Source of the DNA: Macrostomum lignano
Taxonomy: Eukaryota
Direction: 5' to 3'
DNA length: 64,000 nucleotides
Assembly (NCBI GenBank): GCA_002269645.1
Contig: NIVC01001912.1
Location: forward strand, 1-64,000
The notes beneath the pieces were generated by a model. It searched no databases. It worked only from the letters and a program-made list of their open reading frames with translations, and was not told where the DNA came from. Shown here piece after piece: positions 49,629-63,902 of this stretch (its first letter is position 1; every line of letters begins with the position of its first letter). Position numbers and translations under genes: made by a program.

Positions 49629-52600
49629 CTCTTTATAATAATCTAATAATCCCGCCAGAATTATCAAACCAACTAACGCATTGTAATTTTCTGTTAGACT
49701 CAGTAATTGGAGCTTGATTTAACTGACGAAATGATACAATCAGACATGTTTGATCCTCAGTGTTTCAATAGCAAAGTAAAAATCTTTAATTCATCAAACT
49801 CTGTCAAAAAATTGTCATTTTTGTGACTTACCCTTCTTGGTCTGCTATAGGCCTAATGTGTACTCAACTGAAAGTTGTGCATATATGTATATATGTATAT
49901 ATCATTGTACTTGTCAATGACAATGATTCACAGAGAAATTCATTTGAATGGATTTGCCAATTTTGCTGATTAGGCATTAGGGCATAACTATAGGGGGCCT
50001 AGTTTTGTTCATTTAATTATTTTTTCATTTTAATAAATAAACTGTTAATGAAGATTTATGATTGTTACAAGATCACCAGATTCCACTGATGATTTTTTAA
50101 TGATGCTCTGGCTTGTTGGTATAGGGGCCTATTATAAAATAACATATTTTTATAAAATAAAATAAGTTGTTATATTTTTGCTAGGCTATTTTTATATTAA
50201 TACACAGAATAATAATGTAATACGAGTATTATATCAAATTATTTTTTAAATATGTTTGTGCTCAAAATACTTTAAGTTTTGTGCTTTTTGAAATATTTTT
50301 GATAAAGTATTTACATGTTTTATATTAATACTATTATAAATTCTAAACACAAATACAATGCTATATCTTGTGTAATGACTCAGACTAGCTATTTAGTTTG
50401 GCGAGAGAAACGATGCACTTAAATGAGCCGACTGCTAATTAAATATATTTATAGGCACGAGAGCATTGCGTAATAAGAGTATTGCTACGAGTTAGTTCAT
50501 CGACCAAGCCAAGTACATTATTATCGCGCAGAGCGTACACTGCATCTTGCTATATCTTTTTTCTTTTATACACTCAAGCTCTAATGTGGCACTCAGGTTT
50601 GAAGAGCCCTAGCAGCCAGGATGGAATTCTTGAACAAAAGTTGTTATGTGTTTGTGCGCGCTTGTCAAATTCGTGTACATTTGCATGCTAAAAAGGAGCC
50701 TACTTGCGCACTCTTAAAGAAAGTGTGTGCGCACTCCATCGTATGTGCTTGCAAAGAAGCTGTTTGCCGCAGAATCACAGACAGGATTTGACTTTTACAT
50801 GCATTCAACATGGTTATGTGCCATATAGTATATGCATGCTCAAGTTCTCCTACTTTTCATAGTCCGGAAGGTTGTTTTTACACCAGAAAATTTTAAACAA
50901 AAGTAAAACAAAGAATAATAGTTTTTAGCAAAAACAGTTACTTTAAAGTTTAGTGAAACTCTTATAATTTTTAAAGAATATTTTCTTTAAAAAATTATAG
51001 TTTTCAAGCTACTTTACACTTAAAGTACAACTTTCTAATTTACATTGGCATAAGAATTGAAAAACTAAAAATTTCATTTTTTAGCACATGGGCCTGCCAT
51101 TATCTGCATTATGACTTTTTTATAGCTGGCATGCAAACTTGCTGTTTTTTAGCGTGTTTTCCTACCCCCGAGCAAGAATTCCATCCTGGCCTAGCAGCAA
51201 CTATAATAGCAATGAATATAATATATAGGACAGACATGGGATAAAAGAGTCAGATATGGGATAGAAAAGAGTCAGATATAGGAGATTAAGACAAGTAAGA
51301 TATGGGACAAAGAAGAGTCAGATATGTAAGAGAGAAGTCAGATATAGGCAAAAGAAGAGTTAGATATAAGATACAAAAAAGTCAGATATAGAAGAGAAAG
51401 GAATCAGATTGAAGGACGGAATCAAAAGAATAGGACTCCTTTAAATAAATGAAAAGACAATGGAAATTGCAAATATTTTCTATTCAAACATAAGAAAGAC
51501 AATGAATAACATAGAGATATTGAACTCCCAATAGTATGTGTGCAATACATTATATTTATAAAAAATTAGTTCTTTTATAATGTTGTAGTTTGGCATTATA
51601 GCCTATTGGCTATTTATTATATCTAATCCTAAATAATATTTTGCACTATTTTCACTATTACATTGTATAGCTACCAGAAACAAAATAATAAAACATATAA
51701 CAGTGCATACACATTTTGTTAGCATTGTTTTATTTCAACTGCTATGAAAAAAAATTGTTAAACTTGCATAGCAATAAGTATTTAAACACTCAACTATAGT
51801 AACAGGTTAAGAAAAGAATATTCAAAAAACATAACAATGTGCAGAATTGATGTATGTATTCATACATATGGGATAAACATGGGATAAAGAAAAGTCAGAT
51901 ATGGGATAGAAAAGAGTCAGATATGGAAGATCAAGACAAGTAAGATATAAGACAAAGAAGAGTCAGATATAGAAGAGTTAGATTGAAATAGTATACCACA
52001 AATACCATGTCATTTATCAAAACTATTTTGCCACTTTGAATAAAACTTAAAACAAAGTTAGATAAAATTGGGTTTTTATTGCTAAGCAGGGATAGAGAAA
52101 CTACAAAAAAGTTCTATAGGAATATAAGCAAATGGTAAGACAAATAAGAAAAATTGAAATGAAGTATGAATTAAATGAAAGATGCACAAATGAGAAGGAG
52201 AAATTGTCAATTGATAATGCCTAATGATAGTAGATACAGAAGCAAGATATGGTATGATATAGAACATGGATAATGAATAGAAAAATAAAGAGAGCAGTTA
52301 GTAGGTAACAGAAATATTAAAAATAAACAAGTTGCTATAAACAATTTTTAATTCAAATTCTTTAAGCAATAGATACATATAAACAAACAGAATAAAAAAC
52401 AAAATACTCTTAAGAAAAAACTAAATGTATTGTTATACAATTCTTAAAAAACATATACACAAGAAAATAGACAGATTGATAAGTTTTATAAACAGAGAAA
52501 GATAACTTTTTTAGTAAGAACCAGTGAGTAAGTTTGGGAAGACTGGGAGGTTTGGCTCATGCAAAGATGTGAAATGTATTTTAAATTCTCACAATTGCAA

Positions 52601-55600
52601 CACTGCAATAAAACAAAACAAAACAAAATGATATAAGATGGAAACATGCCAAATTGCATTTAATTATATATTTTCATATCATTATATATTTTCTAATCCA
52701 TAAAAAGTCTTACTATGTACTTCCTTCCAAAGGCTCTATTAATTTGATATACAATAAAACTGACAACCATTCTTTTGTACAAGTACAATAGTTAGGTCAA
52801 GCTAGCCCTAAACTAAAACTTGACAAAAAGCATTCCATACCCACAAAGTAGGTCTTAAATGCTTTCTAAAGGCGTCACTTGTGCTGCGCTGCCATGTCCC
52901 ATTCAGAATTTATATGGAAAAACATTGTAAATTTGAGGGTGCAAAATGCCATTAAAATACAAAAATGCAATAAAAAACTGTATCTATTATTTTCAAAATT
53001 TCATATCAGACTACTTTAAGCATTTATCTATAAACAATAAGGCTAGGGAGACAAAAAAAGTACAAGTTTTTTTTTCTATTTGCATTTGAAAATTATACTT
53101 CATTTTTGCTGATTTTCACCTTTTAATGTACAAAGTACCTTTAAATTGTTAAGATCCACATGTGCTATACCTTGTTGAAAAGGGCATCCAAGCAGCTGTT
53201 CAATGATGCAATACGAGTTTCTTAATGTTACACTAGCCAAAAGTTACACACCAAAAACATCAAAATTTTGTCAAGCCCCCAGGTTTTTGCAGCTTAGCTC
53301 AGACTCAGAATGTCATGAAGAGTTGATAATTTATGCAATTATCACTGAATATGTTGGCAACAATAAAAAATGGGCAGCTATGCTGCTCTATAAAATGCAC
53401 AATTGTTAAGGCTGCTTTTATGAGTAAAAAAAATAATAAAGAATGGCAAAAACATGTTTTTGAGGTTTGAATCCAAAGAAAGTTTTAGTTGGGCACTAAA
53501 ACAAGCTGAAACCAACTAAAAAATTTAGGCAACATCCAAGTTATTGTAAAAACAAAAAGCTAAGCAAAAAAGAGTTTTATTTAATCTTTAAGAAGGTTGC
53601 AAAATGCAGCTATAGAAAATGTACTTTTAAAATACATGTGTACTTTTGTAAAAAATGCACACTGGAAAATGCGCATGCCTTCACTCAATAGCCCCAGATG
53701 TTTTGTTGATTGTTCAGCAGCTCAAAGATCATGCTGATGCTTTGAGCTGCTTTATACCAAACTTTGAAAAATGACAATTTTTTTGCGCCTCAAAAACATT
53801 TTTTACTTTTTGATATAAAAAAGTGCTTATGAACTAAAAATTATCCTATTATTATAGCTTATAAATGCCCTTATAAGCTCATATAGAGCATTAGATGACA
53901 GCATATAGTCAATCCTTTTTTGATATCAAAATTTTTGAGCAAATTAAAAAAATTGTTTTTCATTGCCATGGCAACCAAAAAAGTGGCCTTGACAACCAAA
54001 CCTATATGAACTGAAAGGCCTAGGAAACATTTCAGCAAAAACTACATGCCTCTGCTATGTAGCATTCTTAAACAGCAATATCAAGAATTTGAAAAATATC
54101 ATTTTTAGTGTGTGCAGTTGCTACCCTATCTGATTTAGGATGGGTTCACATTTTGTAAGGTCTTTACTGGCTTGCCCATCCTAAACCAGCTTAGTTAAAT
54201 TCAGAATTTTGCATAATTTATGTGTACATTTATAAAGGATATCCTAAAAGTCCATTTAGCAACCACACATTTTACCATAGAGGAAAAGTAAGTAGCTTAG
54301 CCACACTAATATTTTCATATGCACCTATACTCTATATAGCAAAAACCTTAGTTATAAGCTTGAGTTTTTCAAAGAGCCAGCACAACTTTTTCAACCCAGG
54401 GTTTTTTCACCTGCCTAAAATAGCTGAATCATGGATGAAGAGGGCAATTTTGAGCAGTGCTCATATATTTAAAAAAAATCTATGAAGAACACCAGCTGCA
54501 CAAGTTCATTGACAACTTTTGAAGCCTTTTGGCAACATGCCTTTACTGAGTGAGTGGTTTACAAATGGTATGCCCATTTCAAAGATAAAGCACATAAAGC
54601 ATGGTGATCTATGACAATTTAGATTCTTATATAGCTAGGACTCTAAAGGAGCCACTGGAGAACTATAGTTGGGAAATATTGCTATACCTTTCATATTCTG
54701 TTAACATAAATTCCTGCAACTTTTACTTCTTAAGTTAAAAAATCAGCTTTGAGGCTATTACTACTACTGCATCAATTAGCTTTTTGATACAATTGTCCAA
54801 GTTTTCCAATAGCTGTGATTCCAGCACTGCTGATAGAGTCAGGAATCTGCCAGAGTGCTAGCAATGCCTGATTGCAGCTATGCAAAGGATGCTACTTTGA
54901 AAGATTATAGAATTATGTAACTTCCCAGTTTTTTTGTTACATTTTTATAGTTACTGAATGGACTCCTTGTATATGCCTATAATAATGGTAATCCCTTATT
55001 ATTGATTAATATACATATAAAGGCTAAATTCATGTCTAGCTGTTGTATCTAAATTCCTTTCCTTCAGTATATCAATCATATTAGATTTGTATATGTATTA
55101 TATAACCTAATTCCTCTCACTTAAAGTAAGACTTAGATAAGTCTTTTATCCTTGAGCTTAGTATTATTTAAATCCCAGATTTTTTGGGTACAGTTTAACT
55201 AAATTCCTTAGCCTTTGAGTTTAATGATAACTTTTGTGATTTAGTATAGAAATGATTAAAATCAACTACTAATGAGACAAGTATAATCTTGTAATATTGT
55301 TTATTTAAAAAAATATAATTTATAACCATACTAGCAATTTGTATTTAAAGTTATACAAGTTCTACATTTGTGGGTGGGCAATTCTCTAAGAACTTCAAAC
55401 TCAAAAATAGTTTTAACTCCTAGTAGTCTATCTAAGAGATATTGTAGTATAACTATCAAAACAGTGAAGAATTTATAGCATAGAACAAAGTAATTATATT
55501 AACAGTACTAGCTAATAATATTTATTCAACCAGCTAATATCAAGTTTTTGACGAAAAAGAAACCCAGTTCCCGATTTCCTCCTGCCAAATCCCCAGTTTC

Positions 55601-55616
55601 CTGATTGTTCGTCATC

Positions 55617-58600
55617 ATGCCGCGCACCTTCGAAGAAGAGGAACAATTCCTTGAGCGCCTGTCGCCGCACAGCTGGCGCATCAAGCAGGGCTTCGTTGGC
55701 AACATGCGAGTCGAAGGCGTGTTCTATGTCAACAGCCATCTGGAACGGCTGATGTTCGACGAGCTGCGCCAGCACTGCCGCTCCGCTGGCTACGGCGGCT
55801 TCCTGCCCGGCATGAAGCAGATCGCCAACGTAGCCGCCCTGCCAGGCATTGTCCACCGGTCTGTTGGCCTGCCGGACGTTCACAGCGGCTACGGATTCGC
55901 CATCGGCAATATGGCAGCCTTCGACATGGACGATCCTAGCGCTGTTGTGTCGCCTGGCGGAGTCGGATTCGATATTAACTGCGGCGTGAGGCTGCTGCGT
56001 ACGTCGCTGTTTGAGAAGGACGTGCTGCCTGTCAAGGAGCAGCTGACTCAGGTGTGCAATTTTGCTTTGGCGGCTTTTGTCAGTATGCCGCGACCCCTAG
56101 TTCGATTCTTGGAAAATTTGGCCGGGGGTCGTGCGATTCACAGCCGTGAGAGCCAGCCAGCATGACGATTAGAAAGTCACGAGGGCAGCTGTGCACCCTT
56201 GTGAGCTGTGTGTATTCTGGAGGATGGATATTTCCAAGGCTGAGTTTGAAAAGCAGAAATTTGTTCTCTTTAACTCTAAGATTGCTATCTATGCTGCAAA
56301 CAATAACAAACTAACAATTCTATCATATCGATTCATATGGCACTTTTATTACATTTACTAAATCATTTTTTTAAATATGCAACTGGCATGAGGAATATGA
56401 AGTTGCCAGATTGGCCTCTGTTGCCAAAAATCCAGTTGCCAATGAAATTTTAAAGGGACCAAGAAACCCCGTATGGCCCCAAAAACCCTGAGTGTCAATA
56501 GCCCAGTGGTCCAACGCGGCGCTCTGATGTGCCAGCGGCCCAGGCTCAATTCCAAGTGCCGTCACATTAATTTGGGGCTAAATTGGAATCTCGGCTTGGC
56601 TCTGCTCGTGCAATTAACGGCCTTGAGGGCCAACCCCCAAGGCACAGTGAAGTGTACATGCCTAACGATAATATAAAGTTAGGGCCGCTGTACACTCCTG
56701 TGTGAGTGTGTGCCTGTGCGTATGATTGCGTACGTATCCTTGCCCTTGTGTGCCTGCTCAGGCGAGTCGGCGGAATGGGCAGCAATGCCTCTCGCCGGTT
56801 GTGTGACAATGTCGCCTAAAGTGCGCCAAGTGCCATGTGACGTCAGTTGGTTTGAGAGTCAGTCAAGTCAGGTGATTGCAGTTGTCAAATATAATGTCAG
56901 AATATTGTCAGCTTATCGAATTAAATTTATTCCACCGGATCTGCAGGCCCTATTCGACCACATCCCAGTTGGCGTTGGCAGCAAAGGCGTGATCCCCATG
57001 GACGCCAACGCGCTGGAGGAGGCCCTGGAGATGGGCATGGACTGGTCGCTAAGGCAGGGCTACATCTGGGCAGAGGATAAGGAGCACTGCGAGGAATACG
57101 GCCGCATGCTGCAGGCCGATCCCACCAAGGTGAGAGAAGATTCTGTTTTATCTTATCCCCGTGTTCTTCATATTGCCTTCATCCTAATTAATGATGCCAG
57201 ATCCCAATCATTGATTTCAAATCCGAAAGGTTTTTATTTTTGAATACAAAGTTTGTTTTTTCGAATACGAGTTCTAATACTATTTCTCGATTCCAGATCC
57301 CTATTCTTGTTTCTAGCTCCCAATCTATTCCGGATCCCCAGATCACAGTTCCTGATTACAGATCCCAATTCCTAATTTCAAACCCCGATCACGATCTCAA
57401 TTCCCGATCCCAGAACATGGATTTCAATTCCGGATCCCAGATTCCGATTCCTGATCACAGATTTCAATTCCGGATCCCAGTTTCCCATTCCTGATCCCAG
57501 ATCCCAACTCCCGACCCAGATCTCAACTCCCGATCCCAGATCCCAACTCCCGGTCCTAGATCCCAACTCCCGATCCCAGATCCCAACTCCCGATCCCAGA
57601 TCCCATCTCCCGATCCCAGATCCTAATTCCCGACCCAGATCCCAACTCCCGATCTCAGATCCCAACTCCCGGTCCCAGATCCCAAATCCCGATCCCAGAT
57701 CCCAACTCCCGATCCCAGATCCCATCTCCCGATCCCAGATCCTAATTCCCGACCCAGATCCCAACTCCCGATCTCAGATCCCAACTCCCGATCCCAGATC
57801 CCAACTCCCGGTCCCAGATCCCAAATCCCGATCCCAGATCCCAACTCCCGATCCCAGATCCCATCTCCCGATCCCAGATCCTAATTCCCGACCCAGATCC
57901 CAACTCCCGATCTCAGATCCCAACTCCCGATCCCAGATCCCAACTCCCGATCTCAGATCCCAACTCCCGATCCCAGATCCCAACTCCCGATCCCAGATCC
58001 CAACTCCCGGTCCCAGATCCCAACTCCCGATCCCAGATCCTAATTCCCGATCCCAGATACCAATTCCCGATCCCAGATCCCATTTCCAGATCGTAGATCC
58101 CAACTCCCGATCCCAGATCCCAACTCCCTATGTAAGATCCCAACTCCAAATCCCAATTCCCGATCCCCGATAGATCTTCACCGAACCTACATGTACATTT
58201 ACCAGATTTTCCATCGTTTATGAGCATGTTTTCATTATCTAGAACCCCAGTGGTTGGCATTTCAAAATAAGCCAACAATGACTCGCAGGTAAGCGCCAGA
58301 GCCAAGAAGCGCGGTCTGCCTCAGCTGGGCACCCTCGGGGCCGGCAATCACTACGCCGAGATTCAAATTGTTGACGAAATCTACGACAGAACGGCGGCCA
58401 GAAAGATGGGCATAGACGAGGTTGGCCAAGTGTGCGTCATGATCCACTGCGGCAGTCGCGGCATGGGTCATCAGGTTGCCACGGACGCACTGGTTGCTAT
58501 GGAGAAGGCTATGAAGCGAGACAAAATCGAAGTGAACGATCGCCAATTGGCCTGCGCCCGCATCCAATCAGAGGAGGGCCAGGACTATCTCAAGGCTATG

Positions 58601-59702
58601 GCCGCGGCGGCTAATTATGCCTGGGTAAATCGGTCCTCCATGACCTTTCTGACTCGGCAGGCATTTGCTAGGCAGTTCGGGGCCAGCCCGGACGACTTGG
58701 ACATGCACGTGGTGTACGACGTGTCGCATAATATTGCCAAGGTGAGCGAGCGAGGGGTGGCGATAGAGGCCAAGGGCTTCTTAAGAGATGACTTGTTTAT
58801 CTTTGGCGAAGGGGTTTTAGCCTAGTGGTTAGAGCGTCGGACTCACGACTTGAAGGTCGGGTGTTCGATTCCCGATCCCACTGGAACAATTTGTGTCCTT
58901 GGGCAAGACACTTAACTCTGCATTGCTTCAGTTCACCCAGCTGTAAAATGGGTGCCAGCATTAGCTGGGGTAATTGAGGGTGTGTGTGGCGACCCCCCAG
59001 TCCATGGACTGAACAGCCGTACGCAGCCTTCAGATGCGCCGCGCAATAGCTGCGGCTGAGCTGTCGGTTGCACACCTGGCCTAATTGGGGCAGGTGTAAG
59101 GGAGTTGTCGTGCGATTCACACTTAAAAGAGCCAGCCCCCAAGGCACAGGAAGGTGTTGTTGTCCTGCTTTTGACTGTCTATTTTGCGTGTTTTAAACTA
59201 CAAAAAAGACTACCGATATGTATCGTATTTACCAGTTAGTCCAACCGTTATCCAGGTGGAGCGGCACTGGGTCAACGATCGGCCGCGTACTCTGCTGGTG
59301 CATCGGAAAGGCTCAACAAGGGCATTCCCGCCGCATCACCCTCTGATACCGGTGGATTACCAGCTGACCGGTCAGCCGGTGCTGATTGGCGGCACTATGG
59401 GCACCTGCTCCTACGTGCTCACGGGCACCGAGCAGGGCATGAGGGAGACCTTCGGCTCCACCTGTCACGGCGCCGGCAGAGCGCTTAGCCGGGCCAAGTC
59501 TAGGCGCAATCTGGACTATACGGATGTGCTGCAAGCCCTGGAAGCTAAGGGTATTAGCATCCGCGTTGCTTCACCTAAGCTGGTCATGGAAGAGGCGCCA
59601 GAGTCTTATAAAAATGTCACGGACGTTGTTGACACCTGTCACGCTGCCGGTATTAGCAAGAAGTGCATTAAGCTGCGGCCTATTGGGGTTATAAAGGGAT
59701 AA
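55617..59702 (+). CDS. RTCB: tRNA-splicing ligase RtcB, complete: join(55617..56051,56947..57129,58289..58741,59256..59702), 505 aa
   Basis: [47 protein letters not shown]; all introns GT-AG, phase 0. Confidence 0.98.
56492..56650 (+). mobile_element. tRNA-derived SINE (degenerate) in RTCB intron 1
   Basis: A box TAGCCCAGTGGT, B-box-like GGCTCAATTCC, 3' CCCCAAGGCACAG motif shared with other copies. Confidence 0.55.
57480..58170. repeat. 20-bp minisatellite in RTCB intron 2
   Basis: Unit gatcccagatcccaactccc with variants. Confidence 0.95.
58811..59165 (+). mobile_element. tRNA-derived SINE with conserved central domain in RTCB intron 3
   Basis: tRNA head (TAGCCTAGTGGTTAG; GTTCGATTCC), then GTGTCCTTGGGCAAGACACTT and CACCCAGCTGTAAAATGGG blocks typical of widespread metazoan SINEs, and a CCCCAAGGCACAG tail. 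Confidence 0.8.
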
Positions 59703-59779
59703 TTTCTAATTTGTGGTGCGCCTCAAGCTCTTGGACTTGTTCGGTTTTATGTTGCTGAGTTATGCGTCATCTGCCAGTG

Positions 59780-60485
59780 TCAGGTGGGATCCCTGCACTT
59801 CCTCATCTCCCAGACTCCTCGCAGGTGTAGGATGGGATTCCTGCACTTCCTCATCTCCCAGACTCCTCACAGGTGTAGGATGGGGATCCCTACACTTCCT
59901 CATCACAGGTGTAGGATGGGATTCCCACACTTCCTCATCTCCCAGACTCCTCATAGATGTGGGATGAGATTCCTTCACTTCCTCATCTCCCAGACCCCTC
60001 AGGTGTGGGATGGGGATTCCTGAATTTCCTCATCTCCCAGGCTCCTCAGGTGTGGGATGAGATTCCTACACTTCCTCATCTCCGAGACTCCTCACAGGTG
60101 TGGGATGAGATTCCTACACTTCCTCATCTCCCAGACTCTTCATAGGTGTGGGATGGGGATCCCTGAACTTCCTCATCTTCCAGACTCAGGTGTGGGATGG
60201 GGATTCCTGCACTTCCTCATCACAGGTGTGGGATGGGATTCCCGCACTTCCTCATCTCCCAGACTCCTCAGGTGTAGGATGGGGATTCCTGCAATTCCTC
60301 ATCTCCCAGACTCCTCAGGTGTAGGATGGGGATTCCTGCACTTCCTCATCTCCCAGACTCAGGTGTGGGATGGGGATTCCTGCACTTCCTTATCACAGGT
60401 GTGGGATGGGATTCCCGCACTTCCTCATCTCCCAGACTCCTCAGGTGTAGGATGGGGATTCCTGCAATTCCTCATCTCCCAGACT
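59780..60485. repeat. ~46-bp degenerate minisatellite downstream of RTCB
   Basis: ggatggggattcctgcacttcctcatctcccagactcctcaggtgt with short variants. Confidence 0.9.
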
Positions 60486-61204
60486 TCTAGCTGGAACACT
60501 GAACTTTCTGATCTACCTTATACTCGTGCCACCATTAATTTAGACACGCTAAAGTATAGACTATTAATTAAGTCAGTGCATTTTCGCATCCGTGTCATTA
60601 TTAGATCCTTCTATTGATACTTGAAGATTGTTTCTTCATCTCTGTTGCCAAATGTTAATCAGTAATCTAACCTGCAAACCTGTGACTAGCTTCATTTGAT
60701 ATTAAAGTACGTGTACTGTACAATACACGAGCTAGTCTTAATAGTTTAAGACACATCCTGGTGTGAAAGTTAGCTTACTCTCTTCAGATCTGTTGCCTTC
60801 CTACAAAATTATAATCCAGTTTATTATATAATTTCAACCCCCCCCCACCGCATGGCCTACATGTTTCATCAATTCTAAATGTTTCAAAATTGTTTTAATT
60901 GCTTAGTTTTTTTGCTTTCTTTTTCTCGCGTTACGTAGCTAGTATTGTTAATAATAAATTTCAAATGCAGGATTATTGAATTATATCTTTATTGAAATAA
61001 CTGTGGCTGTTTGTTAAAATCTTTTTAAGCCATTATCTCAGCAGGTAGGTAAAAATTATAAATACTCGTATTCCTAGTTTGCCCCCCCTCCCCTGTGTTA
61101 ATTCCGGCCTATTCCATGACAATACTCGTAATCGAGAATCGCCGATGAATCTCCATGAAATGATCACCCCTTCCACTTAAGAACCGTCCATTAAATATCC
61201 CGAA

Positions 61205-61905
61205 AGTATCGCCCCATAAATCTCCCCAAAGGAGTCGCTCATTAATCTCCCCAAAACAATCGCCCATAAATCTTTCCAAAACAATTGCCCAGAAATCTCC
61301 CCAAAACAATCGCCCATGAATCTCCCAAAAGAATCGCCCTTGAAACTCCCCAAAAGAATCGCCCATAAATCTCCTCAAAATAATCGCTTATAAATCTTCC
61401 AAGAATTCTTCCAAGAATTTTTTCACCAAAAAATCCCCCATAAATCTCCTCAAAAGAATCGCCCACATTTTTCACCAAAAATCCCCCATAAATCTCCCCA
61501 AAAGAATCGCCCACATTTTCACCAAAAAATCCCCCATAAATCTCCCCAAAAGAATCGCCCACATTTTTCACCAAAAAATCCCCCATAAATCTCCCCAAAA
61601 GAATCGCCCACATTTTTCACCGAAAAATCCCCCATAAATCTCCCCACAAAATCCCCCATAAATCTCCCCAAAAGAATCGCCCATAAATATCACCAAAAGA
61701 ATCGCTCATAAATCTCCCCAAAAGAATCGCCCATAAATATCACCAAAAGAATCGCCCATAAATATCACCAAAAGAATCGCCCATAAATCTCCCCAAAAGA
61801 ATCGCCCATAAATATCACCAAAAGAATCCCCCATAAATCTCTCCAAAAGAATCGCCCACATTTTTCACCAAAAAAATCGCCCAAAAATCTCCCCAAAGAA
61901 TCGCC
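61205..61905. repeat. ~25-bp degenerate minisatellite upstream of the kinase gene
   Basis: aaaagaatcgcccataaatctcccc and related units. Confidence 0.85.
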
Positions 61906-62040
61906 CATAGAACTATAACCTAAAGCTATAACATAGCCGCTTTGGTCTTCATGCTCCAGTCTTCCCTTCCCAGCTAAGCATCGTCTGCAAGAGGTGTTCG
62001 GACTTGAAATCAATATAAACTGCTATAAACAGAAGCTGCA

Positions 62041-62675
62041 ATGTCGGAGGAAGTCCGAGACGGAGAGCAGACCATAACGGCGTCCAGCTCGCAGCAGCAG
62101 AATGCTCAACCCCCTGCTCAGCAGCAGCAACCGACTGCAGCGCAAGTCGGCCACGGCTCCTTGAAGCCATTGGCTCTGCACAACACTGCCTCGGTTGCCT
62201 CCTTCGGCTCTGTCGTCGGTGGCGCCGCTCCTGCAAGCGCCGCAGGCGCCGCTGCAAGCACCGACGTTTGGCCAAAAGGCAAAGTGAACTACGTGATGGA
62301 CAAGCAGCTGGGCAGCGGCGCCACCTCGCGGGTGTACAAAGCATTCTGCCCGCTGAAGAATAACGCCGAAATAGCCGTGAAAGTGGTGAACCTGGACAGC
62401 AGCTCCGTGTCAATGGACGAGTTGCACAGAGAGACTCAGGGCATGAAGAAGCTGAGACACGAAAATATTGTTGCCTATTATGGCAGCTTCATCGAGGATC
62501 AGTTTCTGTACATTCTGATGGACCTGTGCGAGCGTTCGCTACTGGATATGATTAATCACGTCAAGGCCACCAGGGACATCACGCACGGTGTGCTGGACGA
62601 GTGCACCATTGCCACTATAATGCGAGAGGCAATCAAAGGATTGCAGTATATACACGAGAATGGCATTGTGCATCG
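62041..62675 (+). CDS. OXSR1: STE20-family kinase OSR1/SPAK (fray), first coding exon
   Basis: LGSGATSRV, AVK, SMDEL..E, HENIVAYY.SF, GVLDECTIATIMRE, IVHR|GT donor; OSR1/SPAK signature (paralogue assignment uncertain). Confidence 0.85.
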
Positions 62676-62736
62676 GTGTGTTCATAATTCAGCTATATGT
62701 TTACGTTTAGTTCAATATTTTAATCGCTCAGCTTTG

Positions 62737-63902
62737 GACTGGCATGAGAATCTCCCTTAGACTGGCATGAGAATCTCCCTTAGACTGGCATGAGAATCTC
62801 CCTTAGACTGACATGAGAATCTCCCTTAGACTGACATGAGAATCTCTACTATACTGGCATGAGAATCTCCCTTAGACTGGCATGAGAATCTCCCTTAGAC
62901 TGGCATGAGAATCTCCCTTAGACTGACATGAGAATCTCTACTATACTGGCATGAGAATCTCCCTTAGACTGGCATGAGAATCTCCCTTAGACTGGCATGA
63001 GAATCTCCCTTAGACTGACATGAGAATCTCTACTATACTGGCATGAGAATCTCCCTTAGACTGGCATGAGAATCTCCCTTAGACTGACATGAGAATCTCT
63101 ACTATACTGGCATGAGAATCTCCCTTAGACTGACATGAGAATCTCTACTATACTGGCATGAGAATCTCCCTTAGACTGGCATGAGAATCTCTACTATACT
63201 GGCATAAGAATCTCCCTTAGACTGGCATGAGAATCTCCCTTAGACTGGCATGAGAATCTCCCTTAGACTGGCATGAGAATCTCCCTTAGACTGACATGAG
63301 AATCTCCCTTAGACTGTCATGAGAATCTCCCTTAGACTGGCATGAGAATCTCCCTTAGACTGACATGAGAATCTCTACTATACTGGCATGAGAATCTCCC
63401 TTAGACTGGCATGAGAATCTCCCTTAGACTGACATGAGAATCTCTACTATACTGGCATAAGAATCTCCCTTAGACTGGCATGAGAATCTCCCTTAGACTG
63501 GCATGAGAATCTCCCTTAGACTGGCATGAGAATCTCCCTTAGACTGGCATGAGAATCTCCCTTAGACTGGCATGAGAATCTCCCTTAGACTGACATGAGA
63601 ATCTCTACTATACTGGCATGAGAATCTCCCTTAGACTGGCATGAGAATCTCCCTTAGACTGGCATGAGAATCTCCCTTAGACTGGCATGAGAATCTCTAC
63701 TATACTGGCATGAGAATCTCCCTTAGACTGGCATGAGAATCTCCCTTAGACTGGCATGAGAATCTCCCTTAGACTGACATGAGAATCTCTACTATACTGG
63801 CATGAGAATCTCCCTTAGACTGGCATGAGAATCTTCCTTAGACTGGCATGAGAATCTCCCTTAGACTGGCCTGAGAATCTCCCTTAGACTGGCATGAGAA
63901 TC
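62737..63902. repeat. 23-bp intronic minisatellite (~50 copies, two unit variants)
   Basis: gagaatctcccttagactggcat and gagaatctctactatactggcat. Confidence 0.96.

Noticed and set aside
53962-53975. RFX X-box-like ATTGCCATGGCAAC upstream of RTCB
   Set aside because: 1.6 kb from the start codon and in repeat-like context; this palindrome is common in transposon remnants.
57378-58305. GSWDLGSG-repeat ORFs (and similar ORFs at 59713-60617 and 61109-62013)
   Set aside because: Translations of minisatellites.
58811-58880. tRNA gene
   Set aside because: Imperfect cloverleaf that continues directly into a SINE central domain and tail; it is a SINE head.
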